A stretch of DNA of 64,000 nt, from NCBI GenBank assembly GCA_050952625.1, contig JBMNLH010000001.1, forward strand, positions 128,001-192,000. The letters run 5' to 3'. The notes under the pieces are model-generated. The model searched no databases, was not told where the DNA came from, and worked only from the letters and a program-made list of their open reading frames with translations. Positions 30,109 through 41,872 of the stretch are shown in pieces (position 1 is the first letter of the stretch; the number at the start of each line of letters is the position of its first letter). The DNA is from Bacillota bacterium (GTDB lineage Bacteria; Bacillota; Ch66; Ch109). Both the position numbers and the translations under genes were made by a program.

Positions 30109-30561
30109 CTAACTCAGTTTTCCCTGAATCCTGAATGATGAAGCAAATCCATAATCTGAGGCCACGGTCCGACTGTTTTTGTGTTTCTTCTCTAGGTTAT
30201 AAGCTTGCCGGATGGTATTAACTAGTTCATCACTGGTAAAGGGCTTAGTTAGAAATTCACGGGCACCGGCCATCATCGCTCGTTTGAAGTATTCCGGTTC
30301 CCCCTGAACCGAAAGCATAATGATACTGATCGAAGGAAACCCAAGGGTAATCGCTTCACTCGCGCAAAGACCGTCCATCACCGGCATGTTAATATCCATT
30401 AATACTACATCCGGGCGCAGAACTTCTGCCTGACGGATGGCTTCTTTACCGTTGGTCGCTTCACCGATCACCTTGATGTCGGGTTCCAATTGCAACAGCC
30501 GCTTCAGGTTAGCGCGAGTCTCTGTCACATCGTCAACAATCAACACTTTTATGAAGGACAT
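30109..30561 (-). CDS. Stand-alone response regulator receiver protein
   Basis: LIVDD, DVVLMDINMP, FLTKPF; no output domain. Confidence 0.88.
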   Translation of the reverse strand: MSFIKVLIVDDVTETRANLKRLLQLEPDIKVIGEATNGKEAIRQAEVLRPDVVLMDINMPVMDGLCASEAITLGFPSISIIMLSVQGEPEYFKRAMMAGAREFLTKPFTSDELVNTIRQAYNLEKKHKNSRTVASDYGFASSFRIQGKLS

Positions 30562-31120
30562 TAGACCATACCCTCCTTTTTGGTTAAAACGTTGCTTAGT
30601 ATACTTTGGATGGCCGCGTTCTCCTCCATCGCCGGTAAACTGTTTGAAGCCCCACTCAGGTAACTGAATGGGGCTTGTTTACCCAGGTAATCAGGGCAGG
30701 GCTTCATTTAGATATTGGGTTGGGACGGAATTAGAATTGCTTGTATTTGGGGTATATGATTTTAATTGCAATTTTAATATAGCTATAAAATTATTTTATA
30801 TAAAATTCCCCCTTTCGTTAATCTTTCATTAATTATTAACCAGATTATTAGACGCCCACTTCTATATGTGGGGGTCACCAGTCATTAAAGGGTTTGGTGA
30901 TTACTACGACCTCCCGCTTGAGATATTATATGACCTTAGTCTACCAGGGGGGGAAACAATTGGGAATCAGGCGGGAGTCTTAATCGTGGAGGGACCCGAG
31001 AAACAAAAAAGGACCCAATAGGGTCCTACAAAAAATGTCAGAATTCCAGGTGGTCCTGTAGGAATTCGGGACTATTCATCACTTTTAATTGGATAAAGTC
31101 CTGTGTTTTATATTACATAA

Positions 31121-32290
31121 TTAACCGACTGTTGAAGCCATCCTTTTGTTAAAGGGTATCCGCGCTAGCACCTCGGTTCCCCGCCCGGGCAGGGTATTGA
31201 TGCTAAATTCACCGTCGATCAATTCCACGCGTTCCCGCATGTGGATTAATCCATAACTGTCGTGGGCTCTATTCTGAACAGTTTCTAGATCAAAGCCCCG
31301 GCCATTGTCCTTAATCTGAGCGGTGACGAAATCTCGAGATATTTCAATTTTTACGCTAACATCAGTGGCCTGGGCGTGTTTACGAATGTTGGTTAAGGCT
31401 TCTTGAATCAGACGAAAGAGAGCTACTTCCAGGTATGATTCTAACCGTCTCTCCGGACCCAGAGTAATCAGTCGAACTGGCAGGTGATATCTTTCTTCAT
31501 AATCAGTGATGTAGCGCTTTAAGGTAGGAATAAGACCAAGGTCATCTAAGGCCTGAGGACGAAGATCGAAGATAATCTTACGCAGGTCCTGCAAGTTTTC
31601 CCGAACTACATCTTTTAGCTCAATTAATTCCTGGCGCACTCGATCCACATTTAGTTCCCACATTTTCTCGCAAAATTCTAACCGCAAAAAGATATTGGTC
31701 AGTGACTGAGCGGTCCCATCATGAATTTCCCGGGCCACTCGCTTGCGTTCGTCTTCCTGAGCCTGAATAACCCACCAGCCTAACTGTTGCCGTTTCTGAA
31801 ATTCATTCAATTTAACGCTAACATCATGAAGGTTGCCACTGATAAACTTTAGCATCATGCCAACTTGAGACATCAAGGCCTCTGCTTTCTTGACAATTTC
31901 CTCAAGGCTTTTTATTCTTCTTTCTAATTCATCACGGCGCTGTCTCAGGTTGGTTTCTTTTTCTCGGAGAACTGATAGCTGGATTTGAATGTTTTTGGCG
32001 TTTTCATAGGCTTCACGAATATGTTCTTCGGTGTAGCGGGAAAAATCCCGACTAACTTCAGCTAATCGCAAACGGGTTTGTTTCTCGACCTTTTCCATTT
32101 TGTCAACCGTTTGGATTAACTCATTGGCTTGGATCTTGGTTTCCTGAAGCTCTATCTGCATTCGGGTATATTCTTTTCGGGCATTCTCCGCGATGTCGAA
32201 AATCTGGCCCTGACTTTTTTCAATAGTATTGATCATTTTGGCAACAATTGTTTCAAGAGCCTTTATGTCTAATATTTCTGCCCGGATCAT
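31121..32290 (-). CDS. degS: DegS-family sensor histidine kinase
   Basis: N-terminal DegS coiled coil, QEDERKRVAREIHDG, QEALTNIRKHA, DNGRGF. Confidence 0.88.
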   Translation of the reverse strand: MIRAEILDIKALETIVAKMINTIEKSQGQIFDIAENARKEYTRMQIELQETKIQANELIQTVDKMEKVEKQTRLRLAEVSRDFSRYTEEHIREAYENAKNIQIQLSVLREKETNLRQRRDELERRIKSLEEIVKKAEALMSQVGMMLKFISGNLHDVSVKLNEFQKRQQLGWWVIQAQEDERKRVAREIHDGTAQSLTNIFLRLEFCEKMWELNVDRVRQELIELKDVVRENLQDLRKIIFDLRPQALDDLGLIPTLKRYITDYEERYHLPVRLITLGPERRLESYLEVALFRLIQEALTNIRKHAQATDVSVKIEISRDFVTAQIKDNGRGFDLETVQNRAHDSYGLIHMRERVELIDGEFSINTLPGRGTEVLARIPFNKRMASTVG

Positions 32291-32327
32291 TATTGCTTCC
32301 CCCTATTTATGATACATGTTAGAACTG

Positions 32328-32873
32328 TTATTTTTCTCGGGGCCAGCAGATGATTTCTTTCACCTTGGTCTCAAAAAAACTATTGGAATGGGCCGGTTGA
32401 ATCACAATGGCGGCATCTGCCCCAGTGGCCGTACCCCCAATTGAGATAACTTCCTGGCCGTAAGGAATAAGCCCGGCATCTAAGGCCATGACCGCTATCT
32501 CGATTGCCACCTTGACTCCCTGACCAAAAATTCGTAAGGTTTGGGCCATAATCTCCGCCGGGTAAACCCCGCCAAACTTAAACCGGATTGCCCGGTCAAT
32601 TCCGGCGAACAGATGGGTAGTCGTTAAAACCTTGACCCCGGCTGCTTGGAGTTCATTTCTGATCGAGGCTGGCATTTCGTCTATGCCCGGACCAGCAAAA
32701 CCAACATGATGCGTTACGCAGACTACTTCCAAGCCTTGATTTAACAATTGGTCAACGGTAAAACCAGAGTTGGAAGCGACGACAATATGTTTTAGGTTTA
32801 ACTCGCCGGCTCTTTTCAAAGCTTGCTGTACTGTCGCCTCGGTACAACTCTTACCCTTTTTGTCCCAAAGCAT
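32328..32873 (-). CDS. Pyruvate kinase C-terminal alpha/beta-like domain protein (DUF1867-like)
   Basis: IVVASNSG, VTHHVGF, GQGVKVAIEIAVMALDAG, GGTATGAD. Confidence 0.8.
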   Translation of the reverse strand: MLWDKKGKSCTEATVQQALKRAGELNLKHIVVASNSGFTVDQLLNQGLEVVCVTHHVGFAGPGIDEMPASIRNELQAAGVKVLTTTHLFAGIDRAIRFKFGGVYPAEIMAQTLRIFGQGVKVAIEIAVMALDAGLIPYGQEVISIGGTATGADAAIVIQPAHSNSFFETKVKEIICWPREK

Positions 32874-34014
32874 TTTTAACCTCCTGCCCAAGTTTTTCAA
32901 GATCTATTTTGATTCCTTTTTTTAGGTTCCGTAGAATTGAATCGGACACATTTTCGCCGAACACCTTGGTAATATATATGGTAGGCATTTTATCCAGATC
33001 ATGTTCTTGCCCATCTGGCAGCTTCCGGCCATGGTGGTCAAGCAGCATTCGAATCACCGGCCGGTGTTGGGACTGTTTGTTAACGTCGACAACGATTCCC
33101 ACGTCGCCGGTGTTTAATTGAACCAAACTACCCACCGGATATATCGCGACATTTTCCAGGAAAGCAGCAACCACCCGAGGATCAAAAAAAGTATAAGTCC
33201 CCCGGGTTAATTCCCGGATCGCCCCATAAGGCAGGAACGCGGGCCGATAGATTCGGTCAGCCAGCAGAGCATCATAGACATCGGTAACCGCGGTAATTTT
33301 AGCGTATTCGTGGATCTCATCTCCCTTGAGCTGACGCGGATAACCGCTGCCATCAATTCTTTCATGGTGCTGAAGAGCGACATGAGAGGAAAGAAGGGGT
33401 ATCTCTGGATAATGACGAAGTATTTCAAAACCGTGAAATGAGTGTTCTTGCATTTCTTGAAATTCAGCTGGGGTCAGACAGCTGGGTTTATCCAATATTT
33501 CTTTGGGGATTCTGGTCTTGCCAATATCGTGAAGTAGGGCACCAATTCCTAGTTCTCTGAGTTGTTGCGTATTATATGATAGAGAGATACCGGTCATCAA
33601 AGAAAGGATACAGACATTGACCGAATGCGCAAAGGTGTAATCGTCATAGGCCCGGATGTCTACTAGATGAACTAAGGCATTAGAACTGCTCAGGACCTCG
33701 TCGAGAATCTTATCGACGGCGTTTTTGATCAGCAGCATATTAATCCGGCGCGAATCTTCAAGCTGGGTGAAGGCTTGACGAATTACTTTAATTGTTTCCA
33801 CCCGCGTTCTTTCGGAGACCGTTTCGGGAATGGTTAAACCACCGGTTGTTTCGTCTCGAATATACAGAGACTGAATGCCTAATTCGTTTAGTCGATTAAT
33901 ATAAAAATCGTTTAACTCGGTACCGGCCGCTAGAAGAACCTTACCCTCTGAATTATGAATAGCCCGGGCATTGATCATACCTGGTTCAGCATATTCGACA
34001 AGAATTCTACGCAT
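32851..34014 (-). CDS. HD-GYP domain cyclic-dinucleotide phosphodiesterase
   Basis: HSVNV, LHDIGK, HHERIDGSGYP, DVYDAL..R.YR. Confidence 0.92.
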   Translation of the reverse strand: MRRILVEYAEPGMINARAIHNSEGKVLLAAGTELNDFYINRLNELGIQSLYIRDETTGGLTIPETVSERTRVETIKVIRQAFTQLEDSRRINMLLIKNAVDKILDEVLSSSNALVHLVDIRAYDDYTFAHSVNVCILSLMTGISLSYNTQQLRELGIGALLHDIGKTRIPKEILDKPSCLTPAEFQEMQEHSFHGFEILRHYPEIPLLSSHVALQHHERIDGSGYPRQLKGDEIHEYAKITAVTDVYDALLADRIYRPAFLPYGAIRELTRGTYTFFDPRVVAAFLENVAIYPVGSLVQLNTGDVGIVVDVNKQSQHRPVIRMLLDHHGRKLPDGQEHDLDKMPTIYITKVFGENVSDSILRNLKKGIKIDLEKLGQEVKNALGQKG

Positions 34015-34072
34015 GGTACACCTTCCTGCCCCACGTTGTAGATTTTCGGGTTTACTCGGTTATCTGCTTAAC

Positions 34073-34101
34073 TAATTCGGTAAAAATGTTTTAAATCCTG
34101 C
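34073..34101 (-). promoter_or_regulatory. Sigma-H-type promoter for the HD-GYP operon
   Basis: Minus strand GCAGGATTT-N11-accGAATta. Confidence 0.6.
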
Positions 34102-34194
34102 CGGTAATTGATTGACTAACCTTACTTTTCTGTATCCTTGCTTCAACTATTTACATATGGTAAACTGGGCTAAATATGCTGCGGGGGTGAGGGT

Positions 34195-36273
34195 ATGGCC
34201 AGAGGAATCAGAAACCGATCACGCCAGCGACCGAGCGTTCCAAGACATTTGATCCAAAATCTGGTACAGGACATGGTTTCGATGATGGAGAATGAAGAGA
34301 GTCATCCCTTGGCCCTGGAACTGGTAGATCAATTACCAGAAGAACTCCAGGCAATATTCATTGAAAATTTGTCTACGGTCCATCAAGTAGAACTGTCGCG
34401 TTTTTTCTGGTTGGTCGCCGAGGAATACAGTGGTGAGGTTCGAAAAGCAGCGAAAAGGGCCTTAGAGAAGTATCGTCTGCTCGGACTGGCAGTAGACGAC
34501 TGGCAGGTTAAAAAGACGCCAATTCCCACTAAGCTATACAAGGCCATGATTTCCCGGACCCGTCTGACCGGGCAGGTTTCGTTGATTATGGCGTGGGAAC
34601 AGCCGAATGGTCTGCTTGATGTCCGCTACTTTGTGCTGAAGTTTGGTCCCGAGGGGATCCAGCGTTATTTTAGAGTCTTGAATCTGTCTAAACAGGGTTT
34701 CCAGATGGAACACAACCCGTCGGAAACGGGATTGGCTGAAATAACGTTGGCTGAAGCGCAATATCTGCTTAAGGAATCCTATAAATATAACCAGCTTTAT
34801 GGAACCCGGGCCGCTCGGCCGTTTTTCCAGTATGAAGCCTGGTTAAAAGAGGAAACGACATTAGAACCTGGTGCAGTAGAGGCACTAGCTAGCAAAATAA
34901 ATGAGAAAAAACTGAAACCGCAGCACACGGTGAATGCTTTTTTTGTCGCGGAACAAAACCAGGATTGGGGTTTAGCTTATGACCTTTATTCGAGTAAGTC
35001 CACCGTCTGTCGCCGGTCTCGGGAAGAGTATCTGCAAGCCCAAGCGGCTAAAGAGCCCAAAGACAATTGCTTATACCTCATCTCAAATGTTGAAGAACAG
35101 GTTGTTCGTCGTAAAACAGCCGACGTTCAAGCCCGCTTGATCGTTAATGAAGATTTCCGATTAGAAGAACGCAGGTATGGCTTTAGTTTAGTCCTGGAGG
35201 GTGATAATTGGAAAATCAACCGGGTAAAACTGTTGGAATCGCGTAAGATTGAGGAAGATGATCCAGATAATCCTTTAAACTATGAAGTTTATAGTGCCCT
35301 TTACACCGTTGGCGAGACAACCCGGGTCCAGGATTTTTTGGAGGAACTGCCGGAAGTAGAAGTATTTGCTGAGATGGAAGATGGGTTGCATTACCGGTGG
35401 CCTCGGTACCCGGACCAAATCGAACACGGAATTAATATTGCGGATACGGTTTTTAGTGAGTTTATTTTAACTAGTGATGAATTACTTATTGTCGCCCGGG
35501 ATCGAGGGGATCTGGATTCCATCTGCAGTCTGGCCGAGGATCGACTAGGAGAGAGTATTCGATATCAGCAGCAGTATTACGTCGATATTAGCCTGGTTTA
35601 CGCAGTCCTCGGCGGTGAATACTCCTCTTTTGAAGAACTTTTGGGAGATCTGGCAGTCGAGGAACCAGAGGAAAAAGCCCCGGTGATGATTGCTACCTAT
35701 CAGGTAGATAATCCAGGCCCTGTCCTCAAACGGATCCGTTCCTTTACCGTGTTTGAATTTGACACGCCAGAAGGGGTCAAGGCTTTTTACGAGTTTGAAC
35801 ATATTCGTTCCCGCTCCGAAGGCGGTGAGGTGGGAGAGGGATTTATCGCCGAGTATCGAATAACTTCGGAATATTTAACGGTAGCCACCTTTGGTCGGGA
35901 GTATTTGTCTTTGGTATGCCAGGAATTGGAGAGGGGATTAAAAAGAAATCTACACCTGATTGATGTTCAGGAACAGGAGGAAGACTACTCCTTATTGGCG
36001 GCCGTCGGGAAAGCTAAATTGCCCAAGGAAACCATGATGCGCTGGCAAAGGGAGGAAGTAGGGCGCTGGATGGAAACAGAGATTCCCGCTTTAGAGGGCA
36101 TGACCCCTCAGCAAGCCAACCGGTCCCTGCGCGGACGCCAGCTTCTCTGGGAGCTGTTTAAGTATATGAAGGATCTGCAACAGGATTTACAGCGTAAAGG
36201 ATTGAACCCACCGATTGATTATCGGGAATACATTCGGGCTGTTGGTCTGGGCGAGTCAAGAAGCGGAGATTGA
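34195..36273 (+). CDS. Hypothetical protein with C-terminal MbcA/ParS-like motif
   Basis: 692-aa ORF with RBS; C-terminal WMETEIPALEGMTPQQA. Confidence 0.65.
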   Translation: MARGIRNRSRQRPSVPRHLIQNLVQDMVSMMENEESHPLALELVDQLPEELQAIFIENLSTVHQVELSRFFWLVAEEYSGEVRKAAKRALEKYRLLGLAVDDWQVKKTPIPTKLYKAMISRTRLTGQVSLIMAWEQPNGLLDVRYFVLKFGPEGIQRYFRVLNLSKQGFQMEHNPSETGLAEITLAEAQYLLKESYKYNQLYGTRAARPFFQYEAWLKEETTLEPGAVEALASKINEKKLKPQHTVNAFFVAEQNQDWGLAYDLYSSKSTVCRRSREEYLQAQAAKEPKDNCLYLISNVEEQVVRRKTADVQARLIVNEDFRLEERRYGFSLVLEGDNWKINRVKLLESRKIEEDDPDNPLNYEVYSALYTVGETTRVQDFLEELPEVEVFAEMEDGLHYRWPRYPDQIEHGINIADTVFSEFILTSDELLIVARDRGDLDSICSLAEDRLGESIRYQQQYYVDISLVYAVLGGEYSSFEELLGDLAVEEPEEKAPVMIATYQVDNPGPVLKRIRSFTVFEFDTPEGVKAFYEFEHIRSRSEGGEVGEGFIAEYRITSEYLTVATFGREYLSLVCQELERGLKRNLHLIDVQEQEEDYSLLAAVGKAKLPKETMMRWQREEVGRWMETEIPALEGMTPQQANRSLRGRQLLWELFKYMKDLQQDLQRKGLNPPIDYREYIRAVGLGESRSGD

Positions 36274-36284
36274 ATAATTAGCTG

Positions 36285-36313
36285 TTGACACTTAGGGGTT
36301 AATTCCCTATACT
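36285..36313 (+). promoter_or_regulatory. Sigma-A promoter
   Basis: TTGACA-N17-TATACT. Confidence 0.8.
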
Positions 36314-36349
36314 ATTGATAAATTCTTTCCAAAAGCCAATTGGATAAAA

Positions 36350-36643
36350 AAGGCGATGACAGGATTATCGAAATATACTTGTGGCAGGCAACAGAGAGCC
36401 GGGGAAGCTGAAAGCCGGTCCTGCCGGGTATACAAGCGTCTCTTCCTTGAGCTGCTATCTGAACAGTTACCAGCCGACTGCTGGTTAACTAATTAGGTGA
36501 CGTCGGAATCAGTACCCGTTATCGTACTGGTGTGTTTTACACCGTGAGCTGGTTGCCGGATGGCGACAAACAGGGTGGTACCGCGGGTTCCCTCTCGTCC
36601 CTGACACTATAAAATATGTCTGGGAGGAGGGTTTTTTATTTTT
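36350..36643 (+). ncRNA. T-box riboswitch controlling the ilv-leu operon
   Basis: AGAGA / GCTGA stem I motifs, AGGGTGGTACCGCG T-box, antiterminator ...CGTCCCT, terminator with T run. Confidence 0.92.
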
Positions 36644-36682
36644 CCTAGAGGAGGAACTAGTAGAATAAGGGGTGATTTTCTA

Positions 36683-38350
36683 ATGATCAATCTAAAAAGC
36701 GACCAAACTAAACTAGGGTTGGAAAAGGCACCGCACCGGTCCCTTTTTAAAGCCTTAGGCTTAACCGATGAAGAGCTGAGGCGACCAATCGTGGGGATAG
36801 TAAATGCCAAGAACGAAGTAATTCCCGGGCACATTCATTTAGATAAGATTGCTGAAGCAGTGAAGGCCGGGGTTAGAATGAATGGCGGAACCCCCATGGA
36901 GTTTGGGGTAATCGGGGTTTGCGATGGAATTGCCATGAATCATCTGGGGATGAAATACTCCCTGGGCAGCCGGGAACTGATTGCGGACTCCGTCGAGGTG
37001 ATGGCCATTGCCCATGCCTTTGATGCTTTGGTCTTTATCCCGAACTGTGACAAAATTATTCCGGGGATGTTAATGGCCGCGGCTCGGCTTAATCTCCCCA
37101 GTATTTTTATCAGTGGCGGTCCGATGCTGGCCGGCCGTTTTCGCGGTCAAGCGGTTGGTTTGAGCCAAGTGTTTGAAGCGGTCGGGTCCGTGGCCGGTGG
37201 CCGGATGACGGCTGAGGAGCTCCATGAATTGGAAGAGTCGGCCTGCCCGGGCTGTGGTTCCTGTGCCGGGTTATTTACCGCGAACTCCATGAACTGTCTG
37301 ACTGAGGCTTTAGGCATGGGACTGCACGGCAACGGGACCATTCCCGCGGTTCACGCCGGCCGGATTCGGCTGGCCAAACAGGCTGGCTGGCAGATCATGG
37401 AGGTGCTGCGCCAAGATTTGAAACCCCGGGACATTATGACCCCGGCGGCTTTTCATAATGCGCTGGCCATCGATATGGCCTTAGGCGGTTCCAGCAATAC
37501 GATTTTACATCTGCCGGCTATTGCCCATGAAGCCGGTGTGCCGCTGGATTTAGAACTGGCGGATCAACTGAGCAAGCAAATTCCGCACCTGTGCAAACTA
37601 GCCCCGTCCGGGTCACACTTTATGGAAGATCTGGACGAAGCCGGCGGCGTAGCCGCGGTGATGGCGGAACTCCTGCAGCATGGTCTGATTAAGGGAGAGG
37701 CTTTGACCGTAACGGGCAAGACGGTGGCCGAGAACATAGCCGGCCGGCGGATTTTACGGTCAGATGTAGTGCGGCCCGTTACCGATCCCTACAGTGCCAG
37801 CGGCGGGTTGGCTATTTTGCGCGGCAACTTGGCCCCGGATGGAGCGGTGGTCAAAAAGGCAGCGGTCGCCCCGGAAATGATGACTCACCGGGGGCCAGCT
37901 CGGGTGTTTGATTCTGAGGAAACCGCCGTAGCCGCTATTCTTGAGGGTAAGATTCAGAAAGGCGATGTAATTGTGATCCGCTACGAAGGACCCAAGGGCG
38001 GGCCGGGGATGCGGGAGATGCTCACGCCGACCTCAGCGGTGGCTGGTATGGGCCTGGATAAAGATGTTGCTTTAATAACTGATGGTCGTTTTTCCGGGGC
38101 AACCCGGGGAGCTTCGATTGGGCACGTAGCCCCTGAGGCGGCTGAGGGCGGTCTGATCGCTCTGGTTCAGGAAGGGGATTCCATCTTAGTTGATATCGTT
38201 GGTCAGGCAATCACTTTGGAAGTAGACGAAGCCGAAATTAACCGACGCCGAGCTGCCTGGACGCCACCAGTGCCAAAAATTAAGTCCGGTTATATGGCCC
38301 GGTACGCGCAGATGGTTTCTTCCGCCAGCAAGGGTGCTGTGTTCAAATAG
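36683..38350 (+). CDS. ilvD: Dihydroxy-acid dehydratase
   Basis: [45 protein letters not shown]. Confidence 0.97.
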   Translation: MINLKSDQTKLGLEKAPHRSLFKALGLTDEELRRPIVGIVNAKNEVIPGHIHLDKIAEAVKAGVRMNGGTPMEFGVIGVCDGIAMNHLGMKYSLGSRELIADSVEVMAIAHAFDALVFIPNCDKIIPGMLMAAARLNLPSIFISGGPMLAGRFRGQAVGLSQVFEAVGSVAGGRMTAEELHELEESACPGCGSCAGLFTANSMNCLTEALGMGLHGNGTIPAVHAGRIRLAKQAGWQIMEVLRQDLKPRDIMTPAAFHNALAIDMALGGSSNTILHLPAIAHEAGVPLDLELADQLSKQIPHLCKLAPSGSHFMEDLDEAGGVAAVMAELLQHGLIKGEALTVTGKTVAENIAGRRILRSDVVRPVTDPYSASGGLAILRGNLAPDGAVVKKAAVAPEMMTHRGPARVFDSEETAVAAILEGKIQKGDVIVIRYEGPKGGPGMREMLTPTSAVAGMGLDKDVALITDGRFSGATRGASIGHVAPEAAEGGLIALVQEGDSILVDIVGQAITLEVDEAEINRRRAAWTPPVPKIKSGYMARYAQMVSSASKGAVFK

Positions 38351-38377
38351 AAAACTTTGGAATGTGGAGGTGAGGTC

Positions 38378-40064
38378 ATGGAATTAACAGGGGCTCAGAT
38401 CTTGATTCGCAGCCTTCAAGAAGAGGGAGTAGATACTATTTTCGGTTATCCTGGCGGTCGGGTCCTGAATATCTACGATGAGATATATCAATCGAATTTA
38501 CGCCACATTTTGACCCGGCACGAACAGGGGGCGACCCACGCGGCTGATGCTTACGCGCGGGTGACCGGGCGCCCCGGGATATGTATCACTACCTCAGGTC
38601 CTGGAGCGACGAATGCGGTTACCGGCATTGCCACGGCTCACATGGATTCGATTCCCTTGATTGTTTTTACTGGTCAGGTAAACGTCGCGGCCCTGGGAAG
38701 GGATTCCTTTCAGGAAGCCGATATTACCGGCATTACTTTGCCGATTACCAAACACAGCTATTTGGTCAGGAACACCAAAGACTTGGCCCGGATTGTTAAG
38801 GAAGCATTCTATATAGCCACGACCGGTCGACCCGGGCCGGTAGTAATTGACCTGCCCAGTGACATCATGGTGAATAAGGCCCGGTTTGATTATCCGAAAT
38901 CGGTTAACCTGAGGGGTTACCGGATCTTGAAAAAGGTTAATCAACTGCAAGTCAATCAAGCTGCTCAGATGATCAACCAGTCCCGACGGCCGGTCCTGTA
39001 TGTTGGAGGTGGGGCAATCAGCAGCGGGGGCCCATCAGGAGCTTCTGGTCCTGGCCGAAAAAGCCGGCCTGCCGGTAACGACTACCTTAATGGGCTTGGG
39101 GGCTTTCCCCGGTAACCATCGTCTATCCCTGGGAATGCTGGGGATGCACGGAACCCGGTACGCCAATTATGCCATTTGTGAGTGTGATTGTTTGATCGCC
39201 GTGGGGGCCCGTTTTGACGACCGGGTGACCGGGAAGATCGAGGCTTTTGCTCCAAAAGCCAAGGTCGTGCACATTGATATTGATCCGGCGGAGATTGGCA
39301 AGAATGTCCGGGTTGATGTACCCATTGCCGGGGATGTCCGGATGGTTCTGGGGGAACTTGTCCCGAAAATAGAAGCTAATGCGGCTGAACGGGCCGAGTG
39401 GCTAGCTAAGATTGATGAATGGAAGCGGGAATACCCATTGTCCTATAACCAGGGGGAAGATTGCATCAAGCCTCAGTATGTGATAGAGCAGATTTATGAG
39501 GCTACTCAAGGAGAAGCCATTATCACGACTGAGGTGGGACAGCACCAGATGTGGGCCGCTCAGCATTATAAGTATGTCCGGCCGCGTTCCCTGGTCACTT
39601 CCGGCGGCTTAGGCACCATGGGGTTTGGCTTGCCAGCGGCGATTGGGGCTCAGATCGGGATGCCGGATCGCCTGGTGTTTGATATTTCTGGCGACGGCAG
39701 CTTCCAGATGAATTCTCAGGAACTGGCCACAGCTGTTTCTTACAATCTGCCGATTAAGGTGGCTATTTTAAATAATGGTTATCTGGGCATGGTTCGGCAG
39801 TGGCAGAAGCTTTTCTACGGCGGTCGGTATTCGCAAACTGACTTGGAGGGGTTGAGCCCGGACTTTGTGAAGTTAGCGGAAGCCTACGGGGTGACCGGGA
39901 TTAGGGTAACTCGGCCTGAGGAAGTTCGGCCGGCCATCGAGCAAGCCATTGCTACCCCTGGTCCAGTATTAATTGATTTTGTAGTGGACCGAGAGGAGAA
40001 TGTCTACCCGATGGTGCCGCCAGGCGGCTGTCTAGATAATATGCTAGGGGGGTGTACGGAATGA
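38378..40064 (+). CDS. ilvB: Acetolactate synthase large subunit (split by a +1 frameshift at about 39026-39030)
   Basis: [19 protein letters not shown] in ORF 1; [19 protein letters not shown] in ORF 2. Deleting one G restores ISSGAHQE. Confidence 0.93.
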
Positions 40065-40543
40065 GTAAACGCCATACTTTAGCCGTAACCGTCCATAATT
40101 ATCCTGGAGTTTTAAACCGGGTGGCGGGAATGTTTAGTCGGCGCGGGTATAATATTGAGAGTCTAAATGTGGGCACCACCGACAATCCTCAATTCTCCCG
40201 CATGACTATTGTAGTCGATGGAGACAGCCAAATTATTGAGCAGGTGGTTAAACAACTGCACAAACTGGTTGATGTCATCAAAGTTAGTGACATCACGGAA
40301 GAACCCGCGGTCAATCGAGACCTGGTTCTGTATAAGGTTCAGGCCGAACCACCGGTCCGGGGGGAAATCATGCAGATCTGCGAAGTTTTTCGCCTGCGCA
40401 TTGTTGACTTTGGCCGGCGTTCCCTCATTATAGAAGCAACCGGGGAAAAGAATAAACTAGATGCGATTGAAGATGCCCTGCGGCCTTTTGGCATCCTGGA
40501 AATGGTACGCACCGGCCAGGTTTCGATGGTGCGGGGACGGTAA
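40061..40543 (+). CDS. ilvN: Acetolactate synthase small subunit
   Basis: ACT domain [28 protein letters not shown]. Confidence 0.95.
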   Translation: MSKRHTLAVTVHNYPGVLNRVAGMFSRRGYNIESLNVGTTDNPQFSRMTIVVDGDSQIIEQVVKQLHKLVDVIKVSDITEEPAVNRDLVLYKVQAEPPVRGEIMQICEVFRLRIVDFGRRSLIIEATGEKNKLDAIEDALRPFGILEMVRTGQVSMVRGR

Positions 40544-40793
40544 ACGCTAACGCAAATAGCTAAACTTATTAGTTCAGTATTTTTCTGTGAAATCTATGGG
40601 TTTTTTTAATTGTTTTCGGTAAAATAACATATAAATTAATATTCCTAACATATAATCCCAGGCGTTTGCTTTGTCCATAGTTGTGTCTGGTTATCTTCAT
40701 AGGGGAATAACGCGGCGAATAACACGGAGAACAATGCGTTAACTTCGACTGTCATTGCAATGAATATTAATGTAAGGAGGTAACTATACTTAA

Positions 40794-41804
40794 ATGGCTA
40801 GAATGTATTATGAAGAAGATGCGGATCTGAAATTTCTAGAGGGCAAGACGGTTGCTGTGCTGGGCTACGGCAGCCAAGGACATGCTCAAGCCCAAAATCT
40901 GCGGGATAGCGGAGTCAAGGTAGTGGTCGGTCTGCGGCCGCCAACCACCCCGGAAACGACGGCGGAGTGGAACAAGGTTGTTGAAGCCGGCATCCCGGTC
41001 ATGACCGTCGAAGAGGCAGCCCAACAGGGAGACCTCATCCAGGTCTTACTGCCGGATGAAATCCAGGGCCGGGTCTATCGGGAACAGATCGCTCCCTACC
41101 TGCAGGAAGGGAACCTGCTCATGTTTTCGCATGGTTTTAACATTCACTTTGGGCAGATTGTTCCCCCGCCCAATATTGATGTCATCATGGTGGCCCCTAA
41201 GGGACCGGGTCATTTAGTCCGGCGGCAGTACGTCGAGGGATTTGGCGTGCCTTGTTTGATCGCAATGCAGCAGGATTTTACCGGCCAAGCCAAGGAACTG
41301 GCTCTGGCTTACGCGAAAGGAATTGGGGCGACTCGGGCGGGTGTCCTAGAAACTACTTTTAAAGAGGAGACGGAAACCGACCTGTTTGGTGAGCAGTGTG
41401 TTCTCTGTGGAGGAACAACCGAACTGGTCCGAGCTGGATTTGACACCCTAGTCGAGGCCGGTTATCAACCGGAGATTGCCTACTTCGAGTGTTTGCATGA
41501 GCTGAAACTAATCGTTGATTTGATGTATGAGGGCGGCATCCAGAAGATGCGGTACTCAATCAGTGATACGGCTGAGTTTGGTGACCTCACCGTTGGCCGT
41601 CGGATTATTACTGAAGAGACCCGTCAGGAAATGAAAAAGGTCCTGGCTGAAATTCAAAGCGGGGCCTTTGCTAAAGATTGGCTCCTGGAAAACCAGGTCG
41701 GCCGGCCCAAATATAATGCCCTGAAAAAACGGGATGCGGATCACCTGATTGAAAAAGTGGGAGCAGAGTTACGGAAAATGATGCGGTGGATTCAGAAGGA
41801 CTAG
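40794..41804 (+). CDS. ilvC: Ketol-acid reductoisomerase
   Basis: [34 protein letters not shown]. Confidence 0.97.
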   Translation: MARMYYEEDADLKFLEGKTVAVLGYGSQGHAQAQNLRDSGVKVVVGLRPPTTPETTAEWNKVVEAGIPVMTVEEAAQQGDLIQVLLPDEIQGRVYREQIAPYLQEGNLLMFSHGFNIHFGQIVPPPNIDVIMVAPKGPGHLVRRQYVEGFGVPCLIAMQQDFTGQAKELALAYAKGIGATRAGVLETTFKEETETDLFGEQCVLCGGTTELVRAGFDTLVEAGYQPEIAYFECLHELKLIVDLMYEGGIQKMRYSISDTAEFGDLTVGRRIITEETRQEMKKVLAEIQSGAFAKDWLLENQVGRPKYNALKKRDADHLIEKVGAELRKMMRWIQKD

Positions 41805-41872
41805 GACACACGCCCAAAAACGCCGGCTTTTCTGTATTTAGGTGATTAGGATAACGAAAGGAGTGGTGATAA

